DNA of 63,930 nt, counting the filler, from Folioceros fuciformis (Eukaryota): the NCBI GenBank assembly GCA_049999805.1. It is 5 parts of 5 records of this genome, joined end to end, with 100 filler letters (N's around TTAATTAATTAA, not from the genome) between each part and the next. Parts side by side here need not be neighbours in the genome. Positions count along the whole stretch, not along the records: positions 1 to 28,618 come from JBNGIO010005876.1; positions 28,719 to 43,669 come from JBNGIO010005878.1; 3 more parts are not named here. One strand, given 5' to 3'. The notes under the pieces are model-generated. The model saw only the letters and a list, made by a program, of their open reading frames with translations. It was not told the origin of the DNA and ran no database searches. A program made the position numbers and the translations under genes. Of this stretch, positions 25,469-38,800 are shown piece by piece; within the stretch, counting starts at the first letter, position 1, and each line of letters begins with the position of its first letter.

Positions 25469-26215
25469 TTAGGTTGCACTGGAGAAATTTGCTCGCGTCA
25501 ACTCGGATGCCAGAGAAGAAACGCCAGAATGTTTAAAGTTTGAATTTATAGATTTATAATCATAATATTTTTTGAATTTATGGATATGATCATGTGTAGC
25601 AGCCCATGACTTGGCTCTTGGCAACCCATGTGTTTTAAGCTCATCAAATAGGGCAGACCATGAAACAATACTGAGCACATTCTCTACATCCACTTGAAAG
25701 ACAACCCAATTTGCATGGACTGTTGTGAATAGCAATTCAAACTAGTGAGGGCTAAGGTTGTCCTAGAACTTCTATTAAAGGTGGATAGCAATACTATGGC
25801 CAATTAGACTCAAGAACACCTCACCAAGGAATACGAGGAGGGGACTATGCACACCGCTAAAGAAACTACCAGCATGATCATTTTGGGGTTTAGGGTTGTG
25901 GTGGAGAGCATAAGCTGCACTAGAATATCTAGTAACCTAGCTCAACAAAAGACTTTTCTTAAGACATGCCTTTGCGGGGTCCAGCTGAAAATTGTCTTCT
26001 TAGGAGAAGCTAACCTAGACCTTGCTGCATAGCTTGTCTACTCTTGCAAGATCTCCCAGTCCTTTGGAATCATGAGGTGATCTCATGGTGACCAAAAATC
26101 CCCTAGAACTTCGAAGATACCACATAGGAAGAAACAGAATTAAGGCCCATGTTGCTTCATCGCAAGAATCCTTTGCCATGTGATCTAAGGAAAGACAATA
26201 AGTGACCCTAATCAT
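25469..26215 (-). mobile_element. Highly degenerate non-LTR retrotransposon (RT-domain) remnant
   Basis: HANWVVFQVDVENVLSIVSWSALFDEL resembles the non-LTR RT motif (WvvlqvDvxNAFnsvsRxxlf); upstream WALILFLPMWYLR. Many stops. Confidence 0.55.
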
Positions 26216-26924
26216 TATCCTAGAGGAGCCATAGAAGGCATCTAAAAGGAAGTAGTACTAGAAGTCAGATCTCATACAAAGTGATCGGGAGATGATCAAC
26301 CTACCTATGCAACCACTTCAAAGACTATGAGAGAGGCCCATAAGTTGTGTCCAAAGCTTAAAGGGCAACAAGGGGAGAAGTAGTCACCAATCTTAGTTGG
26401 ATCTCCCAAGTAGTCCTATTATGCAAACCTATCCAATATTGCTCCTCATACATAAAGGCTTGAACAATTTCTTGCACACAAGGCATTGAGTATTCTTTAT
26501 ATGATCCAAAGAAGAGGGTCCCATGGCGTCCTAGAGGAAAGGAAGAAAGAGAAGAAAAAGTTTAAAAAAAAAAAAAAAAAATCCCCTTTAAACTACCATG
26601 CTTATGTCATGGAAACTGGTATGATATGGCAAATTTGAATCCTTTCCTGTTCTCACTAGACCTTTTTACAAAGTTTTGCTTATCTACCATTGTCCTTAGA
26701 AACTTTATACTAGGGCTAATATTGATGTTATCACATGGTAAACCTTAATGAGGGTGGTCCAAAGCTTACACATGGTTCACCACCAAGATCATGGGTAGAA
26801 CACTACCACTTTTGTGTTGTTTCTTCAACACAGAAGTACCTTCTCCTACCGAACTCTATAAAACTTGAAGACATATATATGTACAAAGTTGCTGAATTCT
26901 TATCTTCTTACCCTCACCATTCAA

Positions 26925-28380
26925 ATGGAAGAGACACCGTCCTCATCTTCAAATATGGTGGAAAAACTCTTACATCTAACGGAGGAGTATGATGCTCTTC
27001 ATCTTCTTTTGCTACATTGCATGATTCTTGAAAACCCAACCTTGGAGAATCTTGGGTCAATCCTCTACACCAATTTTCTCACATTATCATTCACAAATAA
27101 CCAGATTTTCACCTTTCAAAACTATGGAAAACATGGTCCGAGGAATGGTTTCAAAGAAAAAACGTCGATACATTGCCCAAGGCTTTGATCTCGATCTAAG
27201 CTGTAAGACTACTATCCAATTGGTTTACTAAGAAAGAACCATCTCCATCATGCCAGTATAGAAATAATTTTCAATGCTTTAATAATCTAGATATTACACC
27301 TCGACTCATTGCAATGGGATTTCCATCAGAAGGAACAGAGGGCATATTTCGAAATCCTATGTATGAAGTAGAGCGGTTTTTGGAACAATTTCATTCTAAC
27401 CATTATATGGTTTACAATCTGTAAGTGTGGAATCATGTAATACCATGGTTTGATATTCAAGATTTATTTGATAGAATTCTTGATATTCAAGAGGACAACA
27501 ATACACGAACACTAACTTTCAAGTTGTGTGCAAAATCCTTTTGGTCTTCCAAGGCTGAGAAACCTTCAACATTTGACATTGTAGATGCTCTGAGAAAGAA
27601 TATGATAAATCAAGACTTGGTCACCACTGTGAGTCTTTTCATCAATGTAGTTCTCTTGGTTCAATACAAAAAAAAACCTAACCATTCAAAACATGTTCTA
27701 ACTTACTCCAACTTCTGTTGTTGGGCAGTTGATAGAATCCCTTTTGAGGATCACAATCCAGCACCCCTAGAAACTATTCTCCTATACTGCCAAAAAGTGG
27801 TAAGTTAGCGTTCTAATACTCTAACTTACATTCATAATGCCACATAACATTCTTACCATGAGTACTATTGCAGGATAAGTTTCTACATGAAGATCCAAAC
27901 AATGTGGCAGTAACACATTGCAAAGCTGGAAAGGTGTTGCAAACAAACTACACCATGTTATTTAAGAAACTACATCAAAGAAGTAACTAGTAAAGAACTA
28001 GGAAGCTAGTACTATATTATAAAAGATGATACTTCATTTTGTTAATGTAGGGAAGGACTGGAATGATGATATGTGCGTATCTCTTATACAGCAAACAATG
28101 TGTTGATCCAAATGCCGCATTGAAATACTTTGCGGAAAAAAGAACAAAAAATTCAAAAGTAAGCAAAACTCTTGATCCAAGACTCATGTAGCAAATTTGG
28201 TATATTTCTGTAAATAAAGAGGCTTGTCATGTTATGTCTTAAAGCAGGGGGTAACTATTCCTAGTCAAAGACGATATGTTTGTTACTTTTACGAGAGGAT
28301 AAAACGAGGACCCCGCCCAGAAGTTGAATTACAATTAAGTCAAATGTGTTTTATTACTTCCTCAAAATGTTTTAGAGATT
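26925..28380 (+). CDS. PTEN: PTEN-like phosphoinositide 3-phosphatase, 3' end lost in gap; exons 26925-26986 (tentative), 27105-27202, 27291-27420, 27585-27628, 27729-27799, 27874-27933, 28051-28158, 28248-28380
   Basis: Spliced frame is open: [74 protein letters not shown]..|[13 protein letters not shown]..|[44 protein letters not shown]..|[14 protein letters not shown]. All introns GT-AG. Largely missed by the ORF track. Confidence 0.93.
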
Positions 28381-28618
28381 GTAAGTAAACATAGATGCTC
28401 AATAGGTAGAGCTCATGTTCTTTCTTAGCTTTTTCACTAATTTTTATTCTAAATTATAAATGCATAATGTTGTTTGAAACACCACGATGTCTAAACACAC
28501 TACAAACAAAAGTTATCTACCTAACTATGTAAATATTTTTTTAACAGTGTTTCATATAAGAATTTATTCAAACCATGGTTCAGGAAGCTATAAATTGGAA
28601 CCAGTTCTATACACCGGG

Positions 28619-28718
28619 NNNNNNNNNNNNNNNNNNNNNNNNNNNNNNNNNNNNNNNNNNNNTTAATTAATTAANNNNNNNNNNNNNNNNNNNNNNNNNN
28701 NNNNNNNNNNNNNNNNNN
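28619..28718. other. Assembly gap (N44-TTAATTAATTAA-N44 spacer); same spacer at 43670-43769, 59177-59276 and 62475-62574; plain N100 at 54812-54911
   Basis: Identical 100-bp artificial spacers. Confidence 0.98.
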
Positions 28719-29953
28719 CTTCAACCTGAACCCAGCTCGCTGGCTCCAAGCCTGGCATGCCGCTAGCAGCCACACCTAGCCCTTCGCCTGCTCCCGGCTC
28801 CGGTCTGGTTCAACCGACCCACCATTGCACTGTCGACCCGAATTCGGCCCGCCGGCCAGACTCCAGCCCCTAGCCTGGAATTCGTATGCCAGTTGTCGGA
28901 TTCTGCGTCGCTGCCTGCCAAGCTCTCAACAGCCAGGCGGGAGGCAGGATGGCCAGGCCAGTGGCCAGCTTGCTGACCAGCCAGGCCGCCGCAAGCCAAC
29001 CTGCTCTGCCTGCCTGGCAGCTGCGATCGCCAACTTGCCCTGTAGCCGCTATCCAATCAGCCTGCCTACTAGCTTGCCGCGATCCAGCCGGCCTGCTATC
29101 TGGGTTCAATTCGCTTGCACCAGCCTGGATGCGCGACCTCCTGCTTGCCTGGATCCGGCCGTCCCCCGCCTTGATCCACCAACCCCCCGATCTAGCCGTC
29201 TATCCACCGTTGCCTCCCTGGATCCAGTACACCTGCGGCCTGGAGTCTGGTAGCCTCGCCCGCCTGCCTGGTCATGCTCCAGCCAACGCTCCAGCAGCTT
29301 GTCTGCTTGCCTGCGTGCCTGACTCCTTGTAGGATTCCAGCAAGTTGGCATGCCTCCAACCAGTGCCCACCTTAACCAACCGCTGGATCCACCTCCCGCT
29401 GCCAGCTTAGCCCCGGTCCACCTCCAGCCCGCCCAGTCCGCTCCAGCACCATCCACAACCAATCGATGGCGGCGCCTACCTGCGGCCTGGATCATAACGA
29501 GGCCCACCTGGGAAGAGAGAGGTTTCGATCCAATACAGTAGGCGGTCCATCAGCAAAATCATTGTAGCTAGGCTGGTTAGGGTTGGCCAGGTGCGCTCCT
29601 CGAGTGTCGTATATCTTCATTGCTCATGAGGGGGGAGGGGGGGTTTTTTGGTATCGGATGTTCGGCAGGATATTGTGAGAAGTAGAGACCCTTCGGTAGC
29701 AACCGGAGTGTTGAATGGGTTTCGAATCGTGGAGGAAAAGAAGAGATCAAGAGCGAAGACAAGAGGTGGGAGGGAGGAGCACGCTTCAAGCAAAAAACAA
29801 GGTATGAGTCCCCTGCTGGTTAGTACTCTTAGCACATATATGCTGTGGCACTTCTACAACATACTAAGAATTCAAACATGCATATAACTCTTCAACACAA
29901 CACCAATCATCCATCAACTTGTATCACCTGTTAATGAGGATTAGGTTGCTAGC

Positions 29954-32692
29954 TCATAGCTTTGACAACTTCGCATAGTTTGGGCAAAACCAATCTTCTT
30001 GCGGTACTTCTTCTAAGGCTAGTTGTAGACAAAATAGGTGATACCCTTGATTGTAATGGTCGCACAAAAGCATGGCATCTTCTTTGTCATTGTGACCACA
30101 AATGCGGCATTCTAAGTCCTTGGGTGTTATCCAAGTGCTAGGTCGTAGCTCTAGATCCAGATTTGGCAAACGACAAGGAGCTAGGTTCTTCAAATGATCT
30201 TGCCACCTTTGTCCATCAGATCCCTCCAACTCCACCAGCCCAATGTCCTTAACAACAACCACCCAGATAATTGTGCACCTAGCATTACTATCAAGTGTAT
30301 CTAAAGGTGGTTGAGCCAAGTATCCGTAATCAACATGTTCAAATCAACGCCCTTTGGGCTTCCAACTCCCTCCTTTTGTATGAGCATAGCGCAGTCTGTC
30401 CCTATGTTGTGCAATGGCAAAATTTTCCATTGCCATTCGAATTATATGCTGAAACAACATTGCTAGCTTTTGCAGCTCTCTCATGCAACCATCCACATCT
30501 TACCATAATATTGATCTTTCCATAGCAGCTTGCTGCACATTAGGCAATTGTGGATGCCTCCCAAACAATAGAAAATATTGAGAAAAGTTGTCGAGCGCGG
30601 CTTGAGTGCTTACCTGATAGCCGAGCAACATGTATGGCACCACTTCATCCCAATCTTTTGTGCTATTTTGCAAGCAATACTTCCGTACGGCACACTTGAC
30701 AATTTGTACTCCCCTTTGAGCCAAACCATCTATTTGTGGATGATCCTTGCTTGTGCGACGATGATCAATGAGCGCCTTGTCCATAAGCTACTAAAATTCC
30801 CCGCTAAACTTTGATCCTTGATCCGTCACAACTTAAACACATGCACAAAACCTTGACAACACACATTGCAAAAATGCCTGGCTAGTGTTGTACGACATCT
30901 TCACATGAAAGACAACAACTTCAATGTATTTGGAGAAGTACTCAATCATCAACATCATGTGACGATTTCCTCGCGATGTCCTTGGCAATTCCCAGAACAA
31001 GTCAACTCCCCACTTGTAGAACAATCCTCTTATAGGCAGAGAATAAAGCACCGCATTATTCACCGTGAATCTTGATTCGATCACATGATTCGCATCTAGC
31101 AATAATCTCCTGCGCTTGCTTGTGCATGCTTGCCCAACAATATCCTGGTGTCAGCATGCTCAAAGTGTGTTTGACACCAAAATGTCCTAGTTGCTCGTGC
31201 ACTTGCATAACCAATGCCTCACGTCTGTTGGTGCTGGCACCACCTTACGTTGACCATTAGACTGCAACATGTACAGCTTCCTATCTTCCCACATGTATTG
31301 TTTTTCCTTGTGTTGCAGCTGATCCTTGTGCTGTTGACTAGTCGCGTTAACTATTTGGCCAGTCCTAATGTAATCCATTAACTATTGATTTGCCCATGCA
31401 TCTCGAACATAATAGGCGCTCATAACGTAGGCTTCCCCCTCTTTGTTTATACATTGCAAGCTCAGCTACGTTGCGACTCACATTGACGACTTGCAATGTC
31501 ATTATCCAATCATGTCGTGCCTTATTAAGATCCATGCTACTTTCCAATGGGTTCATGAATAACTAGCAAGTTTCCTTGTCAACTTATTGTTTGTCATCAA
31601 CCAATGCAATGGTTGATGATCTGTAACAACTTCAAATCTTTGTCTATGTACATATACTCGAAAATGCATCACTACCCACACAAGTGCTAGACACTCTCCT
31701 TCATAAAAACAATAGTTCGCCTCTGCTACGTTCGTACTACAACTACCATAAGCAATAGGGTGTTCTTCTTCATCCCCAAAAGTTTGTGCTAGCACCGCAC
31801 CCAATCCAAGCTTGCTCCAGTCAGTATACAACAAAAATTCCCGAGTAAAGTATGGTCTCCGTAAAACTGGACTGTTGCATAGCCTATTCTTCACGTCTAG
31901 TAATGCCAACTCTTGTTCTTGCCCCCAACACCATTCTTGACCATTCTTCAACAACAACGTCAATGGCCTCACAATTGTTTAGGGTTTTAGGGTATGGTAT
32001 GTTAGGTATGTACCTTCGATAATAACTAACAAGTCTAAGAAATGTTTGCAACTTGGAAATGTCAGTTGGCCTCAGCAATTTCATAATGGCCTCCACTTTG
32101 GCCATGTAAGGTGAAATGCCCTATGGAGTAATCTCATGTCCTAAGTACAACACCTTATTGTACGCAAACGTACGCTTACAAGGATGACATTTAAGCCCCC
32201 ATCCCTTCAACCTAGTAAAGAATTATTCTAACACCTGAATTTTCTCTTCAAAAGTCTTGATAAAGATAATAATGTCATCCACATAACACCTTCCCTTAGG
32301 CACATTTGCCAATCCACCATTAGCATTCTATTGAAACACCACAACATAATTCTTTAACCTAAATGGTATCCTTAGCCATTCATATAATGAATCTCTTCCC
32401 AAGAATGTCGTCTTACTCCGATCCTCCTCCACAATGTCAATTCAGTTAAAGCCTTGCCTAAGATCCAATGTGAAGAAGGAGCAAGCACTTCCAATGTCAT
32501 CAAAGATTTCATTAGGAGTAGGCATTTGATACCCATGCAATTTAGTGGCAGCATTCAAGCGACAATAATGTCCACACATTTGCCGGTCCACACATTCTCT
32601 AGCCTCATTCCTCTTTAACGGTAACACAGTGGCTGCCGCCCAATTAAAATTTGAGACCCTAATCAATCATGCCTTGAGCAATCCTTGATACA
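29954..32692 (-). mobile_element. Degenerate Ty3/Gypsy pol (RT-RNaseH-integrase) with C-terminal PHD finger; 5' part cut by Copia A LTR
   Basis: RT (RQMCGHYCRLN..FFTLDLRQGFN, YVDDIII), RNaseH (FLLYTDWSKLGLGAVLAQ..YEGECLALVW), integrase (HFGVKHT, KWGVDLF, HPQIDGLAQR), then CRIC..MLLCDHYNQGYHLFCL..VPQEDWFCPNY. Order RT-RH-INT indicates Gypsy. Confidence 0.9.
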
Positions 32693-35571
32693 TGTCAAAC
32701 ATGATTGTGTGTTATTTCTTAGATGCATGCAAATAGTAATTAGTTAATAATTAAGTGATGCTAATAAATGTCATTAGTGGCAATTAATAACTATTTAGTG
32801 AATATTATTAAAAAATATAATATTAGAAAATATAATCTAATATAAGTCAATCAGATAGACACATAACTACATGTGTGGATGTGGTTATAGCAAGTCTCAA
32901 GTAGTAGGCATGAAAGCCTAGCTCAGCGGTGTCCGCTGCAGTTGTAAGCTTGCATTCTCTTGCTTTTTAGGAATAGGCTTTCGCTTGAGGGAGCATTCTC
33001 TTGTTCGATATCGAGTTGAGGTGTTCGTGTGTAATATGAAGGATCGCTAGAGGAGCCACATGGTGAAGGAGGAGAAGAGGAAGCAAGGAGGAGAGGAGGA
33101 AGAGAGATCACACTCTCACACACAGTCCCTATTGCAAGGGAGCTTGAGGGGGTATTTATACCCTATAGAAGAGCTCCCAAGGAAGCTTCACAAGAAGTGC
33201 ATAGGAAGCTGCGCAAGAAGCTTCCTACATATTAGCTTAAGCTAATCTAAACAAATGATAGTTAACTAGACACTAATCTTATACTAAACACATTAGTTTA
33301 AGCACATTGGGCTTTAATAACCCTACAACCTCCCACTTAAAAGCCAATTTACCTTCATATGAGAATGGTCTACCTCATGCCCATGAGTGTCCGAGCTTAT
33401 GCGAATTGCTCTGTAGAGAGCTCCTTGGTAAGAACATTTGCAGGGTTTTGATTGGTATGAACTTGGACAAGCTGTACCCTCGTGTCCTCCAACACCTCTC
33501 GAATGAAGTTATACTTCACTTCCACATGTTTGGTCTTTGCATGAAACACTGGATTGTTCGCCAATTGGATAGCACTTTGGCTATCACAATGCAACACTCA
33601 ACCTTGATCCCCAAATCTCCCACTAAACGAGCAAGCCACATGGCTTCCTTGCATGCCTCAGTCGTTGCAACATACTCGGCCTCTGTGGTAGATAGTGTTA
33701 TGCACGACTGCAAACGAGATCGCCATGAGACTACCCCTCCAATGCACATGAAGACATAACCTGATGTGGACCTCCTTTTCTCCATATCCCTGGCATAATC
33801 AGCATTCGTATATCCCACGACAGATGCATCTTCACTACCAAAACATAAGCACAAAGCTTTCGTACCATTTAAGTGCCTCATAACTCCTTTCACTGCCTCC
33901 CAATGCTTCCTACCGGGGTTTGACATAAAACTGCTAACCACTCCCACTAGAAAGGCAATGTTAGGACGTGTAGCAATCATTGCATACATCAAACTCCCTA
34001 CAGCTGATGAGTATGGAACCTTCTCCATTTTAACTTTGTCCTCCGCAGAGCTTGGGCAATCCTTGCTTGAAAGTTTCACATATGGAGGCAATGGACTACT
34101 CAATATCTTTCCCTTCTCCATATTGAAACGTTGAAGAACCCTGTTAATGTATTCAGTCTAAGACAAGTAAAGCAAATGCTTCTATTTGTCTCAACAAATA
34201 CGCATGCTAAGAATATGGCTTGCCTCTCCCAAGTCTATTATGTTAAAGCGACCATTCAAATTTGACTTCAACGCTGAAATCTCATCACTGTTAGTCCCAG
34301 CAATTAGCATATCATCCATATAGAGGACCAGAATGAGCAAGCTTCCATCCTTAGCTTGCTTCGTATAGAGGCAATGATCTTCATCGCTACGTTTGTAGCC
34401 TTGAGAAAGCATAAACGAGTGGAATTTGAAATACCACTCCCTGGGTGCTTGCTTCAAACCATAAAGGCTCTTCTTTAACCTGCACACTAGACTCTCTTTG
34501 CCCTTCTCAATGAAACCCTCTGGTTGCTGCATGTATACCTCTTCCTGGAGATCACCATGCAGAAATGCCGACTTCACATCCATCTGGATAAGTTCCATGT
34601 CGTGCCTTGCAACCAGACCAAGTATACATCGCAAGGTGGTCATTTTGACAACTGGCAAGAAAATCTCATCAAAGTCAATACCTTGCTGTTGCTTAAAACC
34701 CTTAGCAACCAATCGTGCCTTGTACTTGGGTTTGCCATAATGGGGTATGTCCTTCATCTTATACACTCATTTGCATGGCAATGCCTTCTTGCCCCCAGGC
34801 AACCGAACCAACTCCCAAGTTTGGTTCTTATGGAGCGAATCCATATGTGATTGCATCGCCTTCTCCCACTTGTCCTTGCTAGTCACTGACATGGCCTCTT
34901 GGTAACAAGAGGGCTCCCCACAATCCGTCAACATGACATAATCAAGAGATGCAACATACATGTCAGTAGGACGTGAAATCCTTCCTGACCTACGAAGCAC
35001 TGGCGCCTCGACCGGAGCTGGTTGCACTCTTTCCTCTTCTACGAGTGGAGGAACTTGTTCCTGGACATCACGACGTTCAACTTGCGCGGGCCGGTCAAGT
35101 CCATCTTCTTGGAAGACCACCCGTCGCACCTCCACAGTTGGAGTAGGCTTCTTGTGCATCTTGGTCTCATTGAAGAACACGTTATTGCTGCGAACCACCC
35201 TCTTGGCCTCTGGATCCCATAGAGGCCAAGAGGCACAAAGGATAAACGCACACCTTGCGTGAGAAATCATCTATGAAAGTGACAAAATAGGATGCATCGC
35301 CTAATGATACAATGGGCATAGGTCCACATATGTCATAGTGAACAAATTCAAGAGGTTTACTTTTGTGTTTACCTCTTGCTCCATGTGGTGACTTTGTCTG
35401 TTTCCCATACAAACAGTGCTCACACACGGAGAAATCGGAGAAGTCAAAAGTAAGGACGTACCCAAAACGAGATAAGATCTTTATTCCTTTTTGAGACATA
35501 TGTTCTAACCTTCAATGCCACAAGGAAACACTTGGTTGTTCCGTTACACAAATCACATGATCCTTGACAGT

Positions 35572-35826
35572 TAAAGACATTTAGCAATGAACGAGAACGA
35601 TCTGAGAGCTGAGCAAACGCACGCGTGTTAAAGGTTCAATGAAAGTACATGAACCAAGTGTGTAGAGAAGTAACCGCCTATGACCTAACTGAAAACATTA
35701 TTAAATTATTATAAACTTGCTTAACCTAATGAACTGCTAATAGGTTTTTGGCTACCTAGCCCTAGAAGCAATTAATTAAATATTAATAAACCCCGAGTAG
35801 GTATGACCTAAAACGGGTTTCCAATA
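35572..35826 (-). repeat. 3' LTR of Copia B (255 bp)
   Basis: Direct repeat of 41581-41859 with ~4 substitutions and a 24-bp indel. Confidence 0.96.
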
Positions 35827-38800
35827 CGCCCCCTCAGACCTACTCGTATAAAAACGGGTGTACACAAGAAACAGGCTTGAGGCTAGGTTGAAAGGTAGCG
35901 CGCCATCTCCAAATTTCAGAATCCCACTGTCCCAGGCACTCGACGATCACAGATGCATACGCCCTGATGGCAGCTCACGTGCTAGAGTTCGTTGTAGCAG
36001 TAATGCTAGTTGTATGGATTCTGCTCCCGCCTCAGCCCGTGCTAGTTTCCTTGATTAGATTCGCATGATGATTCATCCAGGGCTGATTCTGATCCTATTG
36101 CATGTTGCTTGCAGTTGGAGCGCCCGAGGTGATCATGTGCGTTACACACAGGAGCTGCGCGATAAGAGGGTGCCCTAATGCTGCTGGAGACTGATGCTTC
36201 AGGGAACTGAAGTCTTCAAAGAAGTTTTACTGGTCGCCCCCTCAAGAGAAGTGTTCTGTAGGCCGAGGGAGCCTCGATGCTGATCATGTGTTGTCTTGGG
36301 AAGCCCTTTGGTCAGGACATCAGCTACATTTGATGCTGTGTGCACATATTTCAGCAGTATGGCGCCCACAGCTACGGCTTGTCTAATAAAATGAAACTGT
36401 ATCTCTATGTGTTTAGACCTAGCATGTAGAATAGGATTAGCTGTGAGTGCAAAGGCTGATTGATTATCGCACTGAAGGACTGTTGGGTTTGGCTGTGACC
36501 AGTGGATGCCCTCAAGGAATTGTCTAACCCATAAAATCTCACGTGCAGCTAGGGATAAGGCCCCATATTCAGCTTCGGTTGATGAGAGGCTTACAGTAGT
36601 GAGCTTTTTAGATTGCCAGCTTATGGCTGACCCACACAGAATGAGACAATAGGCTGCTATGGATTTTCTAGAGTCAACGTCCCCTGCCCAATCTGCATCA
36701 GAGTATGAGGTAAGGGTGGTGCTGTTGGCTGATGAATACTTAAGGCTAAAATGCTGAGTGCCCTTAAGGTATCGGAGAATTCTCTTAACAGCCTGCGACC
36801 AGGGTTAGAGAGAAAATGGGAAACAAGACCAACGGCCTGGGAAATGTCTGGACGGGTCCTTCCAGCCAAGTAAAGGAGACTGCCTACGGCTTCTCTATAG
36901 GGAATAGTAGACATGTCCTCTTTTTCTGATTCAGTCCTTGGGCAATCCTCCAAAGAGAGTTTTTCTCCAGCTGATACAGGTGTTGAAACAGGGTTAAGAT
37001 CAACTAGGTTAAACTTGGTTAACAATTGACGAATGAAGTGGGATTGATGTATTGTAACAGTGTCTGCTGCAGGATCAAAGAGAAACTAGATCCCTAAGGC
37101 AAATTTAAGGGGTCCCACATCAGTCATGTCCCATTCTTGGGATAAGGCTTGCTTGATTTCTTGCAGGATCCGCTCATCGCTGGCGAAAAGGAAGTTATCA
37201 TGAACGTAAAGTGCTATAATGCATATATGATTCTTCCTCTTCAAAACATATATGCTACTGTCAGCGTCAAGAGGTTCGAAATCCAAAACCTTCAACTTTT
37301 CATCTGCCCGTGCATTCCAAATACGTGCAGATTGTTTTAGTCCATAGAGAGACTTTAACAGCTCACATACCTTGTCTTTGTCAATGATGTACCCTTCAGG
37401 TTGGTGCATGAAAATAATCTCGTCCAAAGGCCTGTTCAAAAAGGTCGTCTTGACATCCATTTGATGGACCAAAAACTTGTTGGCGACTGCATAGTAGAGT
37501 AATATTCTCATTGAGGTAGGTTTTACGACGGGACTGAACGTTTCGTTATAGTTCAACCCTTGAATCTGGGTATAGCCCCTTGCGACTAATCGGGCTGTAT
37601 AGCGAGCCACTGATCCATCCGGGTTCAATTTCAATTTAAATACCCACTTAGAGGTAATTGCTTTCCTTCCGGGTGGTAGGTCCACTAATTTCTAGGTTCC
37701 ATTTGATATCAAACTCTTGTATTCAGAATCAATTGCTTTTTGCCACTCAGCCTTTTGGGGGCCTGACAATGCTTCACGGTATGTAGCAGGTGTGTCAGGT
37801 GGTTCCATGATTGTGGAGGCAACAGAACTGGCGAAAACTGCAAGACTTGAACGTGGTGCATTGGTGGGTTGATTCTCATGGGACCTAGAGACGAGGGTAT
37901 CACCAGGTTGATAGGGTGGATTGAGCCATTCAGGTGGAGGGCGATGTATGCGGGCTGACCTTCTCAAAGGTATGGTGTCTTGCACTAAATCTAAATCAGC
38001 GATCGGGTCTAGAGGTTCTGCTGGTTTGACAAATTCAGGTTCAGGTTCAGGTTCATCTAAAATGTCTAGATCTAAATCGTCTAGAATAGGAATTGGGGCT
38101 GGTGCTAGAGGTGCTACATGTTGACCTGCAGGGGCTGGTGCAGCTACTAGGGGAGGTTGAATAGCTGCTTGATTATGCACTGCTACATCAGGCTGTACAG
38201 CATCTAGAAGGATGTCTGGAATGAAAGTAACAGTGTCAATATGTTCTGTATCATCTGCAGCTGAATTTGTTGGTGTGTGTCCAAAAGCTGATGGTTCAGA
38301 CAAGGGCATATGACTTGAAACAAACTGAAGATGACGTGCAAGGATGAAGCTTTCATTAAAACTGACACTGCGAGCCAAAGTTAACTGCCTGGTGTAGGGA
38401 TTGTATAATTTGTATCCCTTTGACTGTTCTGAATATCCAACAAAGACATGTTTGGTTGCACGGTTGTCCATCTTGCCGCGCTTATCTTTTGGGATATATG
38501 CATAAGCTGCTGCACCGAAAGTTCGAAGATGACTGATTCTGGGCTTATGCCCACTCCATCTTTCAAAAGGTGTATAGGAAAAAAAAGGCTTAACAGGAAG
38601 CCTATTCTGCACATAATTAACGGCTGATACTGCCTCAGCCCAATAACCTCGAGTGAGGCCAGCAAGTGATAGTGTTGCTCGGGACCGTTCCTGTATCGTC
38701 TTGTTATATCTTTCCGCATAGGAATTTTGGGCTGGATGAAAGGGGACAGTAAGCTGGTGGATAATGCCATGCTGACGTAGGTAAGCCTGAAAATCCTGAC

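Noticed and set aside
26565-26581. Poly-A run as a possible retroposition tail
   Set aside because: Wrong side and orientation for the minus-strand non-LTR remnant, far from the intronless genes, and no TSD seen.
28619-28718. Palindromic TTAATTAATTAA centred in N-runs, recurring four times
   Set aside because: Artificial scaffolding spacer of identical 100-bp layout. Adjacency across these gaps is also not guaranteed.
28719-29560. GC-rich ccag/gcct-rich tract with several ORFs
   Set aside because: Low-complexity, probably the internal or leader region of a repeat next to a gap. No domain and no definable boundaries.
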